Of a DNA stretch of 61,635 bases, positions 1-9,745 are shown in pieces; within the stretch, counting starts at the first letter, position 1; every line of letters starts with the position of its first letter. The notes beneath the pieces were generated by a model, which saw only the letters and a program-made list of their open reading frames with translations, was not told the DNA's origin and did no database searches. The translations under genes were made by a program, and so were the position numbers. This stretch comes from an uncultured Spirochaetales bacterium. GTDB taxonomy: Bacteria > Spirochaetota > Spirochaetia > SP-2023 > CAYRNA01. The stretch spans positions 1 through 61,635 of the forward strand of contig CAYRNA010000003.1 in assembly GCA_964425555.1 (NCBI GenBank). Reading direction: 5' to 3'.

Positions 1-148
1 CTGAATATAGAGGTAAAACAACAGAAGATTGCATCATGATTTATTGACATCAATAGTTCATTTTGTCTATTTTATTCTCTTTCGTTTATGAATTTAAGTT
101 ACGCTATGATAATAATTACACCACCTGTATACAAAAGTCCCTAGAGAA

Positions 149-177
149 TTGACATAACATAATTTTTTCTTTAGACT
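149..177 (+). promoter_or_regulatory. sigma70-like promoter upstream of rpmH
   Basis: TTGACA (149-154), 17-nt spacer, TAGACT (172-177), about 95 nt upstream of the rpmH ATG. Confidence 0.4.
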
Positions 178-273
178 AAAAGGAATTGAGATTTGAGAAA
201 ATAAAAATCAGATGTTTTGTATCAATAATAAATGACAACATCTACAGTTTGCTACTAGGAGAATATTTATAGT

Positions 274-429
274 ATGAAAAGAACTTTCCAACCCAGTCGT
301 ACTCGTCGTAAAAGAAAACATGGCTTTAGAGCTCGTATGTCTACTAAAAACGGCCGTGCTGTTTTATCAAGAAGACGCCGCAAGGGACGCACAAAGTTAA
401 GTGTCGCAGATGAGAAAAAGCCTTACTAA
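274..429 (+). CDS. rpmH: 50S ribosomal protein L34
   Basis: Hand-translated 51-aa ORF, below the ORF-track cutoff: [44 protein letters not shown]. This is the canonical L34 sequence, followed by rnpA. Confidence 0.95.
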   Translation: MKRTFQPSRTRRKRKHGFRARMSTKNGRAVLSRRRRKGRTKLSVADEKKPY

Positions 430-775
430 ACAAGAGCGTATTGTAAAAAATAAAGATTATCGCAACTTGTTTAAAAGCGGTACGTGGATTTCTGGTAAAA
501 ATATCAAACTCGTCCATAGCCATAATGATTTAGATTATAGTCGATTTGGCATTTCGTTGAATCGACGCTATGGAAATGCTGTTGCACGCAACAGAATTAA
601 ACGAGTGATAAAAGAAATTTTACGGCTTTATAAAGGTGACATTAAGGTGGGCTACGATATTGTCTTGGTTTTATACCGTGGGCAAGATCATTTTGATGCT
701 CGCCGTCTACAGCTACGCAATGTGTTTGGGGCGGGCAATCTGCTCCAAAAAGATACGGGTGTTTGTTTTTTATAA
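401..775 (+). CDS. rnpA: ribonuclease P protein component
   Basis: [18 protein letters not shown] motif and position after rpmH. Start is GTG 401 or ATG 410; either overlaps the rpmH 3' end. Confidence 0.9.
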   Translation: MSQMRKSLTKQERIVKNKDYRNLFKSGTWISGKNIKLVHSHNDLDYSRFGISLNRRYGNAVARNRIKRVIKEILRLYKGDIKVGYDIVLVLYRGQDHFDARRLQLRNVFGAGNLLQKDTGVCFL

Positions 776-984
776 TGAAGTACCTAGCTCTTGCGTTGAT
801 CTCTGTTTATCAAAAATATATTTCACCTTGGTTTCCTAAATCATGTCGCTATGTTCCTACTTGTTCTGAATATAGTAAGCAGGCTTTTGTTAAATATTCT
901 TTCTTCAAGGCGTTGTGGATAGCTCTCAAACGTCTTGGACGCTGTCATCCTTTTGCGGGTTCTGGATATGATCCTTTACCTTAA
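775..984 (+). CDS. yidD: membrane protein insertion efficiency factor YidD
   Basis: YQKYISPWFPKSCRYVPTCSEYSKQA and HPFAGSGYDP motifs. ATG 775 overlaps the rnpA TAA by 1 nt; the ORF track begins at TTG 763. Confidence 0.9.
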   Translation: MKYLALALISVYQKYISPWFPKSCRYVPTCSEYSKQAFVKYSFFKALWIALKRLGRCHPFAGSGYDPLP

Positions 985-1019
985 ACCCACTTTTACTACG
1001 CTTAGGAGTTTACTAAATT

Positions 1020-2810
1020 ATGAATTCAAAAACTATTTTGTTTGTTCTATTCTCTGTCGGATTATTATTCTTATGGAATACCGTCTTATTTCCACCCGCC
1101 GAAAACAACCAAGCTAGGCCTACAAATTCTCAGCAAACGACAGATTCTGTCGCATCTCCTGATGACTCCAATGTTCCTGCTTTAGAAAACACCGTAACGC
1201 TTGCAAAAGTCAATCCTGATGATGCGGCAACGGCTGAAAAAATCACATTAGAAACCGATCTCGTACACGTCGAGCTTGATTCAAACTATGCCAGCATCAC
1301 TTCTTACAACTTACAAAAACACCTTATTGATGGCGTGTCTTTGGATCTTATCTTTGACCAAGACAATGAACGTGGTGCCTTTGAATTGGCGCAAGGCAAT
1401 AACACGCAACTGAGTTTTCCTGGTCCTTATTTCTTTGAAAAAAAGAGCGATACCGAAGTTACTTTTTGGCAAAACTATCAAGTTCAGCTGGAAAATGGCG
1501 AACTATCAGCTCCCTTTAAGATGGAAAAGACCTTTGCGCTAGATCCTCAAGGCTATTTATTTGCCATAACGGTAAAAATAGAAAACAGTGTCAATGAAAT
1601 TTTACCTCTCAACTTCAATAATTATTCTTATTCCTTGCGTTCTTCAAAAGAATTGGGACCCAGCTTCAAGAAAATGCAACCAAGGCAAGTCTTTAGAGAT
1701 TTTGCGATATTGGAAGGCGAGAAGAAAGAAAAACTTAAAATAAAAAATAACAGGGAGCCTGAGACATTTTTACAACCTATTAAATGGGGTGGTATCAATA
1801 GCAAGTATTTCAGTTCTCTGATATTGCCTCCGCCACGCACTTCTTTTACCGCTTGGCAGACTGACGGCAATGGTTTTGAACACAGATATCAAGTGGCGAA
1901 AACAAGCATACGCAGTTCTTTGCAAGAAGATACCTATTATGTTTACATGGGCCCACGCATAGAAAACCCCATGACTATTTATAATGATCCTGAAAAAAAT
2001 AGTTTTGGTCTTATCAATTCTAATCTAGAAAAAGCCATTGACAGTGGCGGTTGGTTGTCCTGGTTGGAAGCTGGCTTAAAATACGTCTTGGATTTTTTCT
2101 ATGGCTGGATACCCAATTACGGTGTCGCCATTATTTTCTTGACAATAGTGATCAAGCTTTTGCTCTTTCCTATCACGCATAAAAGTTACGAATCAACGGC
2201 AAGAATGCAGAAATTGCAGCCCCAGATGAAGGAACTACAGACAAAATACAAGGCCAATCCACAAAAATTAAATGCAGAAATGGCTAAGCTTTATAAGACT
2301 TACGGCGTCAATCCACTCGGTGGATGTCTACCGTTACTGGTACAATTCCCGTTTTTCATTGCTTTATACCAAATGCTCAATAAGAATTTTGATCTCAGAG
2401 GTGCTGTTTTCATTCCAGGTCTGGTAACAGATTTATCCTTGCCCGATAGCTTATTTTCATTTTCTGTAGGCAGCTTTGAGATTATCATTAGACTCATGCC
2501 CATCATTTATTTAGGAACTCAGTTACTCATAGGTAAAACCATGCCTGCAAGTTCTAGTCCTGGTATGAACCCAAAGATTTTTACGGTTTACATGCCCATT
2601 ATTTTTACTTTTATCATGTACAGTTTTCCTTCAGGTTTACTCATTTATTGGAGCTTATCCAACTTGATTACCATTGGTCAACAACGATTGAGTAGCAACA
2701 TTAATAAAAACAAAAAAGCTGATTTAGTTCCAACGAAGAAAAAGAAAGGTCGACTAGAACTAATGCTAGAAGAACAGCAACGCCGTGTGAATCAGCAAAA
2801 AAAGAAATAA
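1020..2810 (+). CDS. yidC: membrane protein insertase YidC (long diderm-type form with a periplasmic P1 domain)
   Basis: 596 aa. C-terminal 60-kDa insertase core (PLGGCLPLLVQFPFFIALY, SGLLIYW) and rnpA-yidD-yidC synteny. Confidence 0.95.
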   Translation: MNSKTILFVLFSVGLLFLWNTVLFPPAENNQARPTNSQQTTDSVASPDDSNVPALENTVTLAKVNPDDAATAEKITLETDLVHVELDSNYASITSYNLQKHLIDGVSLDLIFDQDNERGAFELAQGNNTQLSFPGPYFFEKKSDTEVTFWQNYQVQLENGELSAPFKMEKTFALDPQGYLFAITVKIENSVNEILPLNFNNYSYSLRSSKELGPSFKKMQPRQVFRDFAILEGEKKEKLKIKNNREPETFLQPIKWGGINSKYFSSLILPPPRTSFTAWQTDGNGFEHRYQVAKTSIRSSLQEDTYYVYMGPRIENPMTIYNDPEKNSFGLINSNLEKAIDSGGWLSWLEAGLKYVLDFFYGWIPNYGVAIIFLTIVIKLLLFPITHKSYESTARMQKLQPQMKELQTKYKANPQKLNAEMAKLYKTYGVNPLGGCLPLLVQFPFFIALYQMLNKNFDLRGAVFIPGLVTDLSLPDSLFSFSVGSFEIIIRLMPIIYLGTQLLIGKTMPASSSPGMNPKIFTVYMPIIFTFIMYSFPSGLLIYWSLSNLITIGQQRLSSNINKNKKADLVPTKKKKGRLELMLEEQQRRVNQQKKK

Positions 2811-2821
2811 GGAAATAACCT

Positions 2822-3532
2822 ATGCCTGATAATAATATTTTTATTGCCAGTTCTGAAAAAGGGGCAATAAAAAAAGCTATAAAAGCTTTAAACTTACAAT
2901 CAGAACAATTTGACGTCGAAATTTTAGATAGATCTGTACCCTTGTTTTTGGGTAGAAAAGGTGTAAAGATTAAAGTTCTTTTGCCACGAAACAAGAGTAA
3001 GAACAGTAGTCGAGGGACTAAAAAAAGATCATCTCTCTCTGATAAAATAAGTAAAAAACCGACCATGGATAGCTCTATCGATATGGTAGACAACATCGTT
3101 GCTTTCACATCACAAGTTATTCTTTTAATGTCCTGCGAAGGCACGGTCTCTTTTAAAAGCAAAGTTCGCAATACCATACATTTAGAAATACAAACACCTA
3201 TGCCGGCCTTGATAATAGGACGCAAGGGAAAAAATATAGACGCCTTGCACAACATAGTAAATGCTTATGCGAGCAATAATGCTAAGGAAAATCCACCGAG
3301 AGTGATGATAGACCTTGGCGATTATCGTGATAAAAAAAATATCAACCTCAAGCGCCTTGCGCTGGATAGCTATGAGCAAGTCATGGACGAAAAAGGTTCG
3401 TTGACTCTTGACTTAATGTTGCCCGAAGAGCGTAAAGTAATACATCAAATCTTAAACGAAAAAAGCAATGTTACGACTGAAAGTGAAGGTCAAGGTCTTT
3501 ATAAAAAAGTCGTCGTCTCTTATAAAAAATAG
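2822..3532 (+). CDS. jag: Jag/KhpB-like RNA-binding protein (KH + R3H)
   Basis: Position after yidC. IGRKGKNIDAL KH-like motif and a C-terminal R3H-like ERKVIH motif. Confidence 0.8.
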   Translation: MPDNNIFIASSEKGAIKKAIKALNLQSEQFDVEILDRSVPLFLGRKGVKIKVLLPRNKSKNSSRGTKKRSSLSDKISKKPTMDSSIDMVDNIVAFTSQVILLMSCEGTVSFKSKVRNTIHLEIQTPMPALIIGRKGKNIDALHNIVNAYASNNAKENPPRVMIDLGDYRDKKNINLKRLALDSYEQVMDEKGSLTLDLMLPEERKVIHQILNEKSNVTTESEGQGLYKKVVVSYKK

Positions 3533-4822
<1,290 letters not shown>

Positions 4823-4823
4823 C

Positions 4824-6137
4824 ATGATAGCACGATATACAACGCCAGAAATGGCACAGCTTTGGAGTGAAGAAACGAAGTTTCGACAATGGCTGGAAGT
4901 GGAATTAGCGAGTTGTGAGGCGTGGGTAAAACAAGGCATCATCCCCAAGGATGAATACCGTTGTTTACAGCAAAAACTGGCAAACTATCAGCCTGATCTT
5001 GAACGCATTCAAGCCATAGAAAAAGAAACGAAGCACGATGTTATTGCCTTTACTCGTGCGATATCCGAATTGCTCGGACCAGAAAAACGTTGGTTTCATT
5101 ATGGCTTGACGAGTACAGATGTTGTCGATACAGCACTCGCTTTAAGACTCAAAAGCGTCAACGAAGTTTTAGAAAAATCCATACTGGGTTTCCTTAATAT
5201 TCTAAAACAACAAGCCCTGGCATTTCAAAATACACCCTGCATAGGCAGGACACACGGCGTACACGCTGATATTACCAGCTTTGGGCTGAAATGGGCCTTG
5301 TGGTATGATGCCTTAGCGCGTTGTCTCAAACACTTTCAACAAGCACGTAGTGAAATAGAAGTGGGAAAAATGAGCGGAGCCGTCGGCAATTTCGCCAATC
5401 TTCCCCTAGAAATTCAGGATGATGTCTCAGAAAAATTGGGCCTCAAAAGTGCGGCTATCTCGACGCAAATCGTTAACCGTGACAGGCACGCTCACTATAT
5501 GGCTTCAATCACCAATATCGCCAACGTTTTGGAAGAAATGGCCTTGGAAATACGTCATTTACAACGAACAGAAGTCAGAGAAGTGCAAGAAAACTTTAGC
5601 TCAGGTCAAAAAGGTTCCAGTGCCATGCCGCATAAACGCAATCCCATTGCGAGTGAAAATATCTGTGGGGGAGCCCGCATGATGCGTGGTTATTTGACCA
5701 GCATTCAGGAAAATGTGGCGCTATGGCACGAAAGAGATATCAGCCATTCCAGCGTTGAACGGGTTGTGCTGATGGATGCGACAACCTTATTGCACTACAT
5801 GCTGGAACGTTACCAGAAAGTTTTGGCGAATCTGCAGGTCAACACCGAAAAAATGCGTCTCAATATAGAAAGAACAAATGGTTGTGTTTACACGCAACAA
5901 GTCCTGCATCGCCTCATAGAAGCGGGCGCCACGCGTGAAGATGCCTACGATAAACTGCAAAAATTAGCCAGCTTAGCATGGGATAATAGCGAAGATGAAA
6001 AATTTCATCTTAGAAAGTTATTGCTCGACAATGATTGGATTACGCAGAATTTGACAAATGATCAAATTGAAGAGTGCTTTGCCTTAGCACCGTTTTTATC
6101 ACGTATTCCTGAAATCTACAAACGTGTGTTCGCTTAA
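4824..6137 (+). CDS. purB: adenylosuccinate lyase
   Basis: 437 aa with the fumarate-lyase signature SSAMPHKRNP, adjacent to purA. Confidence 0.95.
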   Translation: MIARYTTPEMAQLWSEETKFRQWLEVELASCEAWVKQGIIPKDEYRCLQQKLANYQPDLERIQAIEKETKHDVIAFTRAISELLGPEKRWFHYGLTSTDVVDTALALRLKSVNEVLEKSILGFLNILKQQALAFQNTPCIGRTHGVHADITSFGLKWALWYDALARCLKHFQQARSEIEVGKMSGAVGNFANLPLEIQDDVSEKLGLKSAAISTQIVNRDRHAHYMASITNIANVLEEMALEIRHLQRTEVREVQENFSSGQKGSSAMPHKRNPIASENICGGARMMRGYLTSIQENVALWHERDISHSSVERVVLMDATTLLHYMLERYQKVLANLQVNTEKMRLNIERTNGCVYTQQVLHRLIEAGATREDAYDKLQKLASLAWDNSEDEKFHLRKLLLDNDWITQNLTNDQIEECFALAPFLSRIPEIYKRVFA

Positions 6138-6149
6138 CGCCGATATTTC

Positions 6150-7061
6150 TCACAACCATTGCGATTGATCAGAGATTCTCTCCTTCAAGGCATCTATTAA
6201 ATACGACGATAATTCTGCATCAAAAGAGTTTTTTCTATAAAAATCTTGCATCTGTTCTACAAAATGAATGAAAGCGACTTTGTCTTTTTTTGAAACAATA
6301 TCATAGAGCTGTTCAACAGTATTTTTGAACTGAGCCAATATCAATAAAGAATAATGATTATACATTTGGATATCCGCATAAAGGCTAGGATTCTGCGAAA
6401 CATAACGTGTAAAAAATAAGATAAATATTCTGTAGGGGGGCGAGGTGATTTTTTTTGTTGCATCAATATCATCGCTGAAATGTGCCAATGTTTTTGCGCC
6501 CACAAAGAGAGTGAAATGGTTGAGACTTTGCACTATCGCCATATCTTTATCGTGATTCTGCGCACTCAAGAGCGGCATTTGCAAACCCTGCTCACGTAAA
6601 AAGAGACAAAATTCATCCTTAATTCTTTGATTGCGAGAACTCAAAGGAGCTGTATTTTCTAATTCTACCATTATTTCATTTTCCCAGCCATAAATAGATG
6701 GTGCAAAAATAGGGTGAAGCGAAAAATGATCAAACGGTTTGTTCAATTTTTGTCGCAACATGTCCATTTTTTGAAATACAAATTCTTTGACAGATGAAAG
6801 ATCTATGAGCAACTGATTGGTAACGACATCACTGATTTCGTCAAGAATATTCGTCACCTGATGTATGGGGACGGCGATAATAATCACATCTGCCCACTGA
6901 CACAGTGCGACGTTATCAACAAATTGACTCTCTGCACCAAGACTAGAAAATTTAACCGTTTCTTCGTTTAAGCAATGGCACAAGAACTTATAGAACCATA
7001 GTCCCATTCCTTGGCTTCCGCCAATAATACCCCATTTTTGCTGTGAGAGTTCTAATTTCAT
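6150..7061 (-). CDS. tyrA: prephenate dehydrogenase (TyrA family)
   Basis: N-terminal GIIGGSQGMG NAD fold, HPIFAP, HDKDMAIVQSLNHF and NPSLYADIQMYN motifs resembling the E. coli TyrA dehydrogenase domain. Confidence 0.75.
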   Translation of the reverse strand: MKLELSQQKWGIIGGSQGMGLWFYKFLCHCLNEETVKFSSLGAESQFVDNVALCQWADVIIIAVPIHQVTNILDEISDVVTNQLLIDLSSVKEFVFQKMDMLRQKLNKPFDHFSLHPIFAPSIYGWENEIMVELENTAPLSSRNQRIKDEFCLFLREQGLQMPLLSAQNHDKDMAIVQSLNHFTLFVGAKTLAHFSDDIDATKKITSPPYRIFILFFTRYVSQNPSLYADIQMYNHYSLLILAQFKNTVEQLYDIVSKKDKVAFIHFVEQMQDFYRKNSFDAELSSYLIDALKERISDQSQWL

Positions 7062-8200
7062 GAGCGTGGCGAGGGCGCATATTTTTGCGCGATGTTAGTT
7101 AAGCTTAATACCAGCATATCAATTTCCTTTTCTGTGGTCATTGAGCTCAGTGAAATGCGGATAAGGGTGTTAGCTTCATTTTCATTCAGTTGTAAATAAT
7201 TATTCTTGCTTTTTTTGTTATTAGTATGGCAAGAAGAACCCGTACCAACAAAAATGTTTTCCGCTGATAAAAGGCGCATAGTCACTTCGCCAGGAATATT
7301 TTTGACCGCGACACTCACAATGTGGGGCACATACAGTGCTTCATCCGATTTTCTGTGCAGCGGATATAGTGTGAACTTGTCTGCAGGTAATTTTTCCAAC
7401 AAATATTGATACAAAGAACGCACCCTGTGTTCACTTTTTGTGAGATCAAGATGTTCTATACCGTGAGCAAAACTTGCAATGTGAGCGACGGATTCAGTAC
7501 CCGGTCGCAAACCTTTTTCTTGCCCACCACCGCTATATAAAGGCATGATTTCTTTGCGACAGTATAAAATACCGCAGCCTCTCATTGCATCAATTTTATG
7601 AGAACTAAAGGTCGCACTATCCACAAGTGCAAGCGGTAAAGAAATTTTGCCCAAGGCTTGCACCATATCTGAATGAAAATGAATGCCATGATAGATATTT
7701 TTTCTATGCTCCGCAACCAGAGTCGCAATTTCTGCTATGGGTTGTATCGTTCCATATTCATTATTGACCGTCATAACAGCAACCAAAGAAGTGGGTGTCT
7801 GTAGTAATTTCTCTAAGGATTTTAGATCGACGACACCATTCTTTAAGACATTGATTTGCTTAATTTTGAAGCCGTATTTCGCCAGATTATGAATGGGACT
7901 AGCAACAGAAGAATGCTCTATATTGGCAACAAGAATTTGATGCTGTACCGATTTATTGATAAATGAAGAAAGGAGCAAATTATTTGCTTCGCTAGCAGAC
8001 GAACAAAAGGTAAGATGTTGAGCAGAGCATTCAAAGGCTTGCGCAATATCTGTACGACACTTTTCTAAAAAGGTCTTCGCTTGCTTGCCTAAATCATGTG
8101 GTGCTGAAGGGTTGGCAAAATACTGCTGTTGAACGGAGACAAAATATTCTAATGCTTTTTTTGAGTTAGGAAAACTCGCAGCATAGTCAAAGTAATACAT
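7058..8200 (-). CDS. cysteine desulfurase / class V aminotransferase (NifS/IscS-like)
   Basis: 380 aa. FHSDMVQALGK and SSHKIDAMRGCGILY (PLP-lysine region). 4-nt overlap with the downstream tyrA start. Confidence 0.85.
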   Translation of the reverse strand: MYYFDYAASFPNSKKALEYFVSVQQQYFANPSAPHDLGKQAKTFLEKCRTDIAQAFECSAQHLTFCSSASEANNLLLSSFINKSVQHQILVANIEHSSVASPIHNLAKYGFKIKQINVLKNGVVDLKSLEKLLQTPTSLVAVMTVNNEYGTIQPIAEIATLVAEHRKNIYHGIHFHSDMVQALGKISLPLALVDSATFSSHKIDAMRGCGILYCRKEIMPLYSGGGQEKGLRPGTESVAHIASFAHGIEHLDLTKSEHRVRSLYQYLLEKLPADKFTLYPLHRKSDEALYVPHIVSVAVKNIPGEVTMRLLSAENIFVGTGSSCHTNNKKSKNNYLQLNENEANTLIRISLSSMTTEKEIDMLVLSLTNIAQKYAPSPRS

Positions 8201-8220
8201 GATGAGACATTGTGAAAATA

Positions 8221-9375
8221 TTATTCATCATTCGCAATGAGTTGCTTGTCTTTCTTGACATGTTTCTTTTTATTCATCTGATAAACGCGCATAGATTTGA
8301 GTTTCACAGGCGTCAAATAAAGATAAGCCATTTTCACTATAGAATAATACCATACTAAAAGAATACTCAAAGTGCTATATTGGTAGGGCGGTACAATTAA
8401 AGCAATATAAATGACAACCCCAGCAATAATTAAATCACTATAAACGATGGTCAATATCCACAAATTATTGTAGCCAGCACTGAGCAATTTATGGTGATAA
8501 TGGTCTTTGTCAGGTGTCATAACGGGCAAAGATCTGTGTTTTCTGCGGATAATAGCATTGATCACATCCAAGATAGGAAGCATCAAAAGGGTAGTTGGTA
8601 CATAGAGGGGCAAGTTCAGATAAGCGTTGTCAAACACACTAGGCATAAAGGGTAAAATAGAGAGAAGAAATCCCATCAAGAGACTACCCGAATCACCTAA
8701 AAACATTTTTGCAGGAGGGAAATTGAAAATATAAAAGCCAAGAACAGCTCCTAATAGAATAAGGCAAATAACCATGGTGATAATCGAACCATATAGCCAA
8801 AAGTATACGGTATAAAAGGCCAAGGCAAGAATACTGACACCGCTCGCCAAACCGTCCAAGCCATCAATCAGATTAATCGCATTCGTCATTCCCACAATCC
8901 ACAAGAATGTAAAGACGTAGGACCAGCCCCCTAGTTGCAAAGTATTGACCGTAGGAATTAAAGGAATTTCTGTAATTTCGACACCCGCAAAAATAACAAA
9001 CAAGGCTGCAATGGACTGACCTAGTAATTTTTTCTTAGCACTGATATTTTTAATATCATCAATAAAACCAGTAATAAAAATGGAAACAACACCTAGAATA
9101 AGCAGTATCATTTTCGGTGTGATCAGTTCCTTTAGATAGGCTAAGTCACTGATCTTTCCTGCCAAAAAAAATGAGGGAATAATAGAAAGAAAAAAGCTTG
9201 CAAAAATTGCGACGCCACCAAGACGCGGAATAGGCTCTGAATGTATTTTGCGATAATCGGGCTTGTCATATAACTCATATTTGTTGGCTAGAGAGAGAGT
9301 AATATAGTTAAAAACAATAGAAATAAACGCTGTCAAGGTAACACTCAACAACATGAATAAAAATAATACTTCCAT
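8221..9375 (-). CDS. glycosyltransferase family 4 (MraY/WecA/TagO-like polyprenyl-phosphate sugar-1-phosphate transferase)
   Basis: Polytopic 384-aa protein with FIDDIKN, NAINLIDGLDGLA and FLGDSGS motifs. Confidence 0.8.
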   Translation of the reverse strand: MEVLFLFMLLSVTLTAFISIVFNYITLSLANKYELYDKPDYRKIHSEPIPRLGGVAIFASFFLSIIPSFFLAGKISDLAYLKELITPKMILLILGVVSIFITGFIDDIKNISAKKKLLGQSIAALFVIFAGVEITEIPLIPTVNTLQLGGWSYVFTFLWIVGMTNAINLIDGLDGLASGVSILALAFYTVYFWLYGSIITMVICLILLGAVLGFYIFNFPPAKMFLGDSGSLLMGFLLSILPFMPSVFDNAYLNLPLYVPTTLLMLPILDVINAIIRRKHRSLPVMTPDKDHYHHKLLSAGYNNLWILTIVYSDLIIAGVVIYIALIVPPYQYSTLSILLVWYYSIVKMAYLYLTPVKLKSMRVYQMNKKKHVKKDKQLIANDE

Positions 9376-9541
9376 TTAGCTATCCTTATCTTACTTATAA
9401 TACGAAATTATACGGCATTGTTCAAGTATTATAATAGACCTAAACGAACTTAACAAAAATACACCACGACACTTCCTCCTCCCAAAAACAACGCTCAATA
9501 TTATAAAAAAACATTTTCTTGCATTTATATACATAAAGTGA

Positions 9542-9570
9542 TTGACAAAAATAAACGCTTATTTTATAGT
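9542..9570 (+). promoter_or_regulatory. near-consensus sigma70-like promoter of the lys/thr leader
   Basis: TTGACA (9542-9547), 17-nt spacer, TATAGT (9565-9570). Confidence 0.45.
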
Positions 9571-9574
9571 TGTA

Positions 9575-9715
9575 CGTAATATGATCAAAATTACGAAACA
9601 AACAGGCTCCTCTATAAAGACGAAAGGCATTCGTCTCTTAAGGGTATTGTTGTCGTATTAGTTATATGAATTTAAAACTGACAAATACCCTAGAATGTTC
9701 TAGGGTATTTTTTTT
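9575..9715 (+). promoter_or_regulatory. candidate transcription-attenuator leader (26-codon mini-ORF 9581-9661, alternative pairing, terminator)
   Basis: ATG 9581 to TAG 9661 encodes MIKITKQTGSSIKTKGIRLLRVLLSY. AGGGTATT (9641-9648) can pair with AATACCCT (9684-9691), which is also the 5' arm of the terminator. Confidence 0.35.
9683..9715 (+). terminator. rho-independent terminator between the promoter and lysA
   Basis: Perfect 11-bp stem AAATACCCTAG (9683-9693) / CTAGGGTATTT (9700-9710), 6-nt loop, T-run to 9715. Confidence 0.7.
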
Positions 9716-9745
9716 GACCATCGCATTTTTACCGAAGGAAGAGTT

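Noticed and set aside
1-273. oriC / DnaA-box cluster upstream of rpmH
   Set aside because: The gene order is origin-proximal, but I see no TTATCCACA-like boxes or AT-rich 13-mer repeats in these 273 nt, only promoter-like TTGACA motifs. Any origin probably lies outside the window.
2701-3255. 184-aa antisense ORF opposite the yidC end and jag. Similar long antisense ORFs occur at 11136-11591, 14483-14890 and 43590-44072.
   Set aside because: Each lies fully inside a well-supported sense CDS with strong family motifs. Their products are low-complexity with no recognisable domains. They cluster in GC-richer segments where stop codons are rarer.
9571-9715. Lysine riboswitch (L-box) or T-box leader upstream of lysA
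   Set aside because: The leader is only about 140 nt. I cannot find the conserved L-box elements (for example the GAGGCGC-type 5' helix and the multi-helix junction) or the T-box AGGGTGGTACCGCG-like sequence. It is kept only as an unclassified attenuator candidate pending cmscan.
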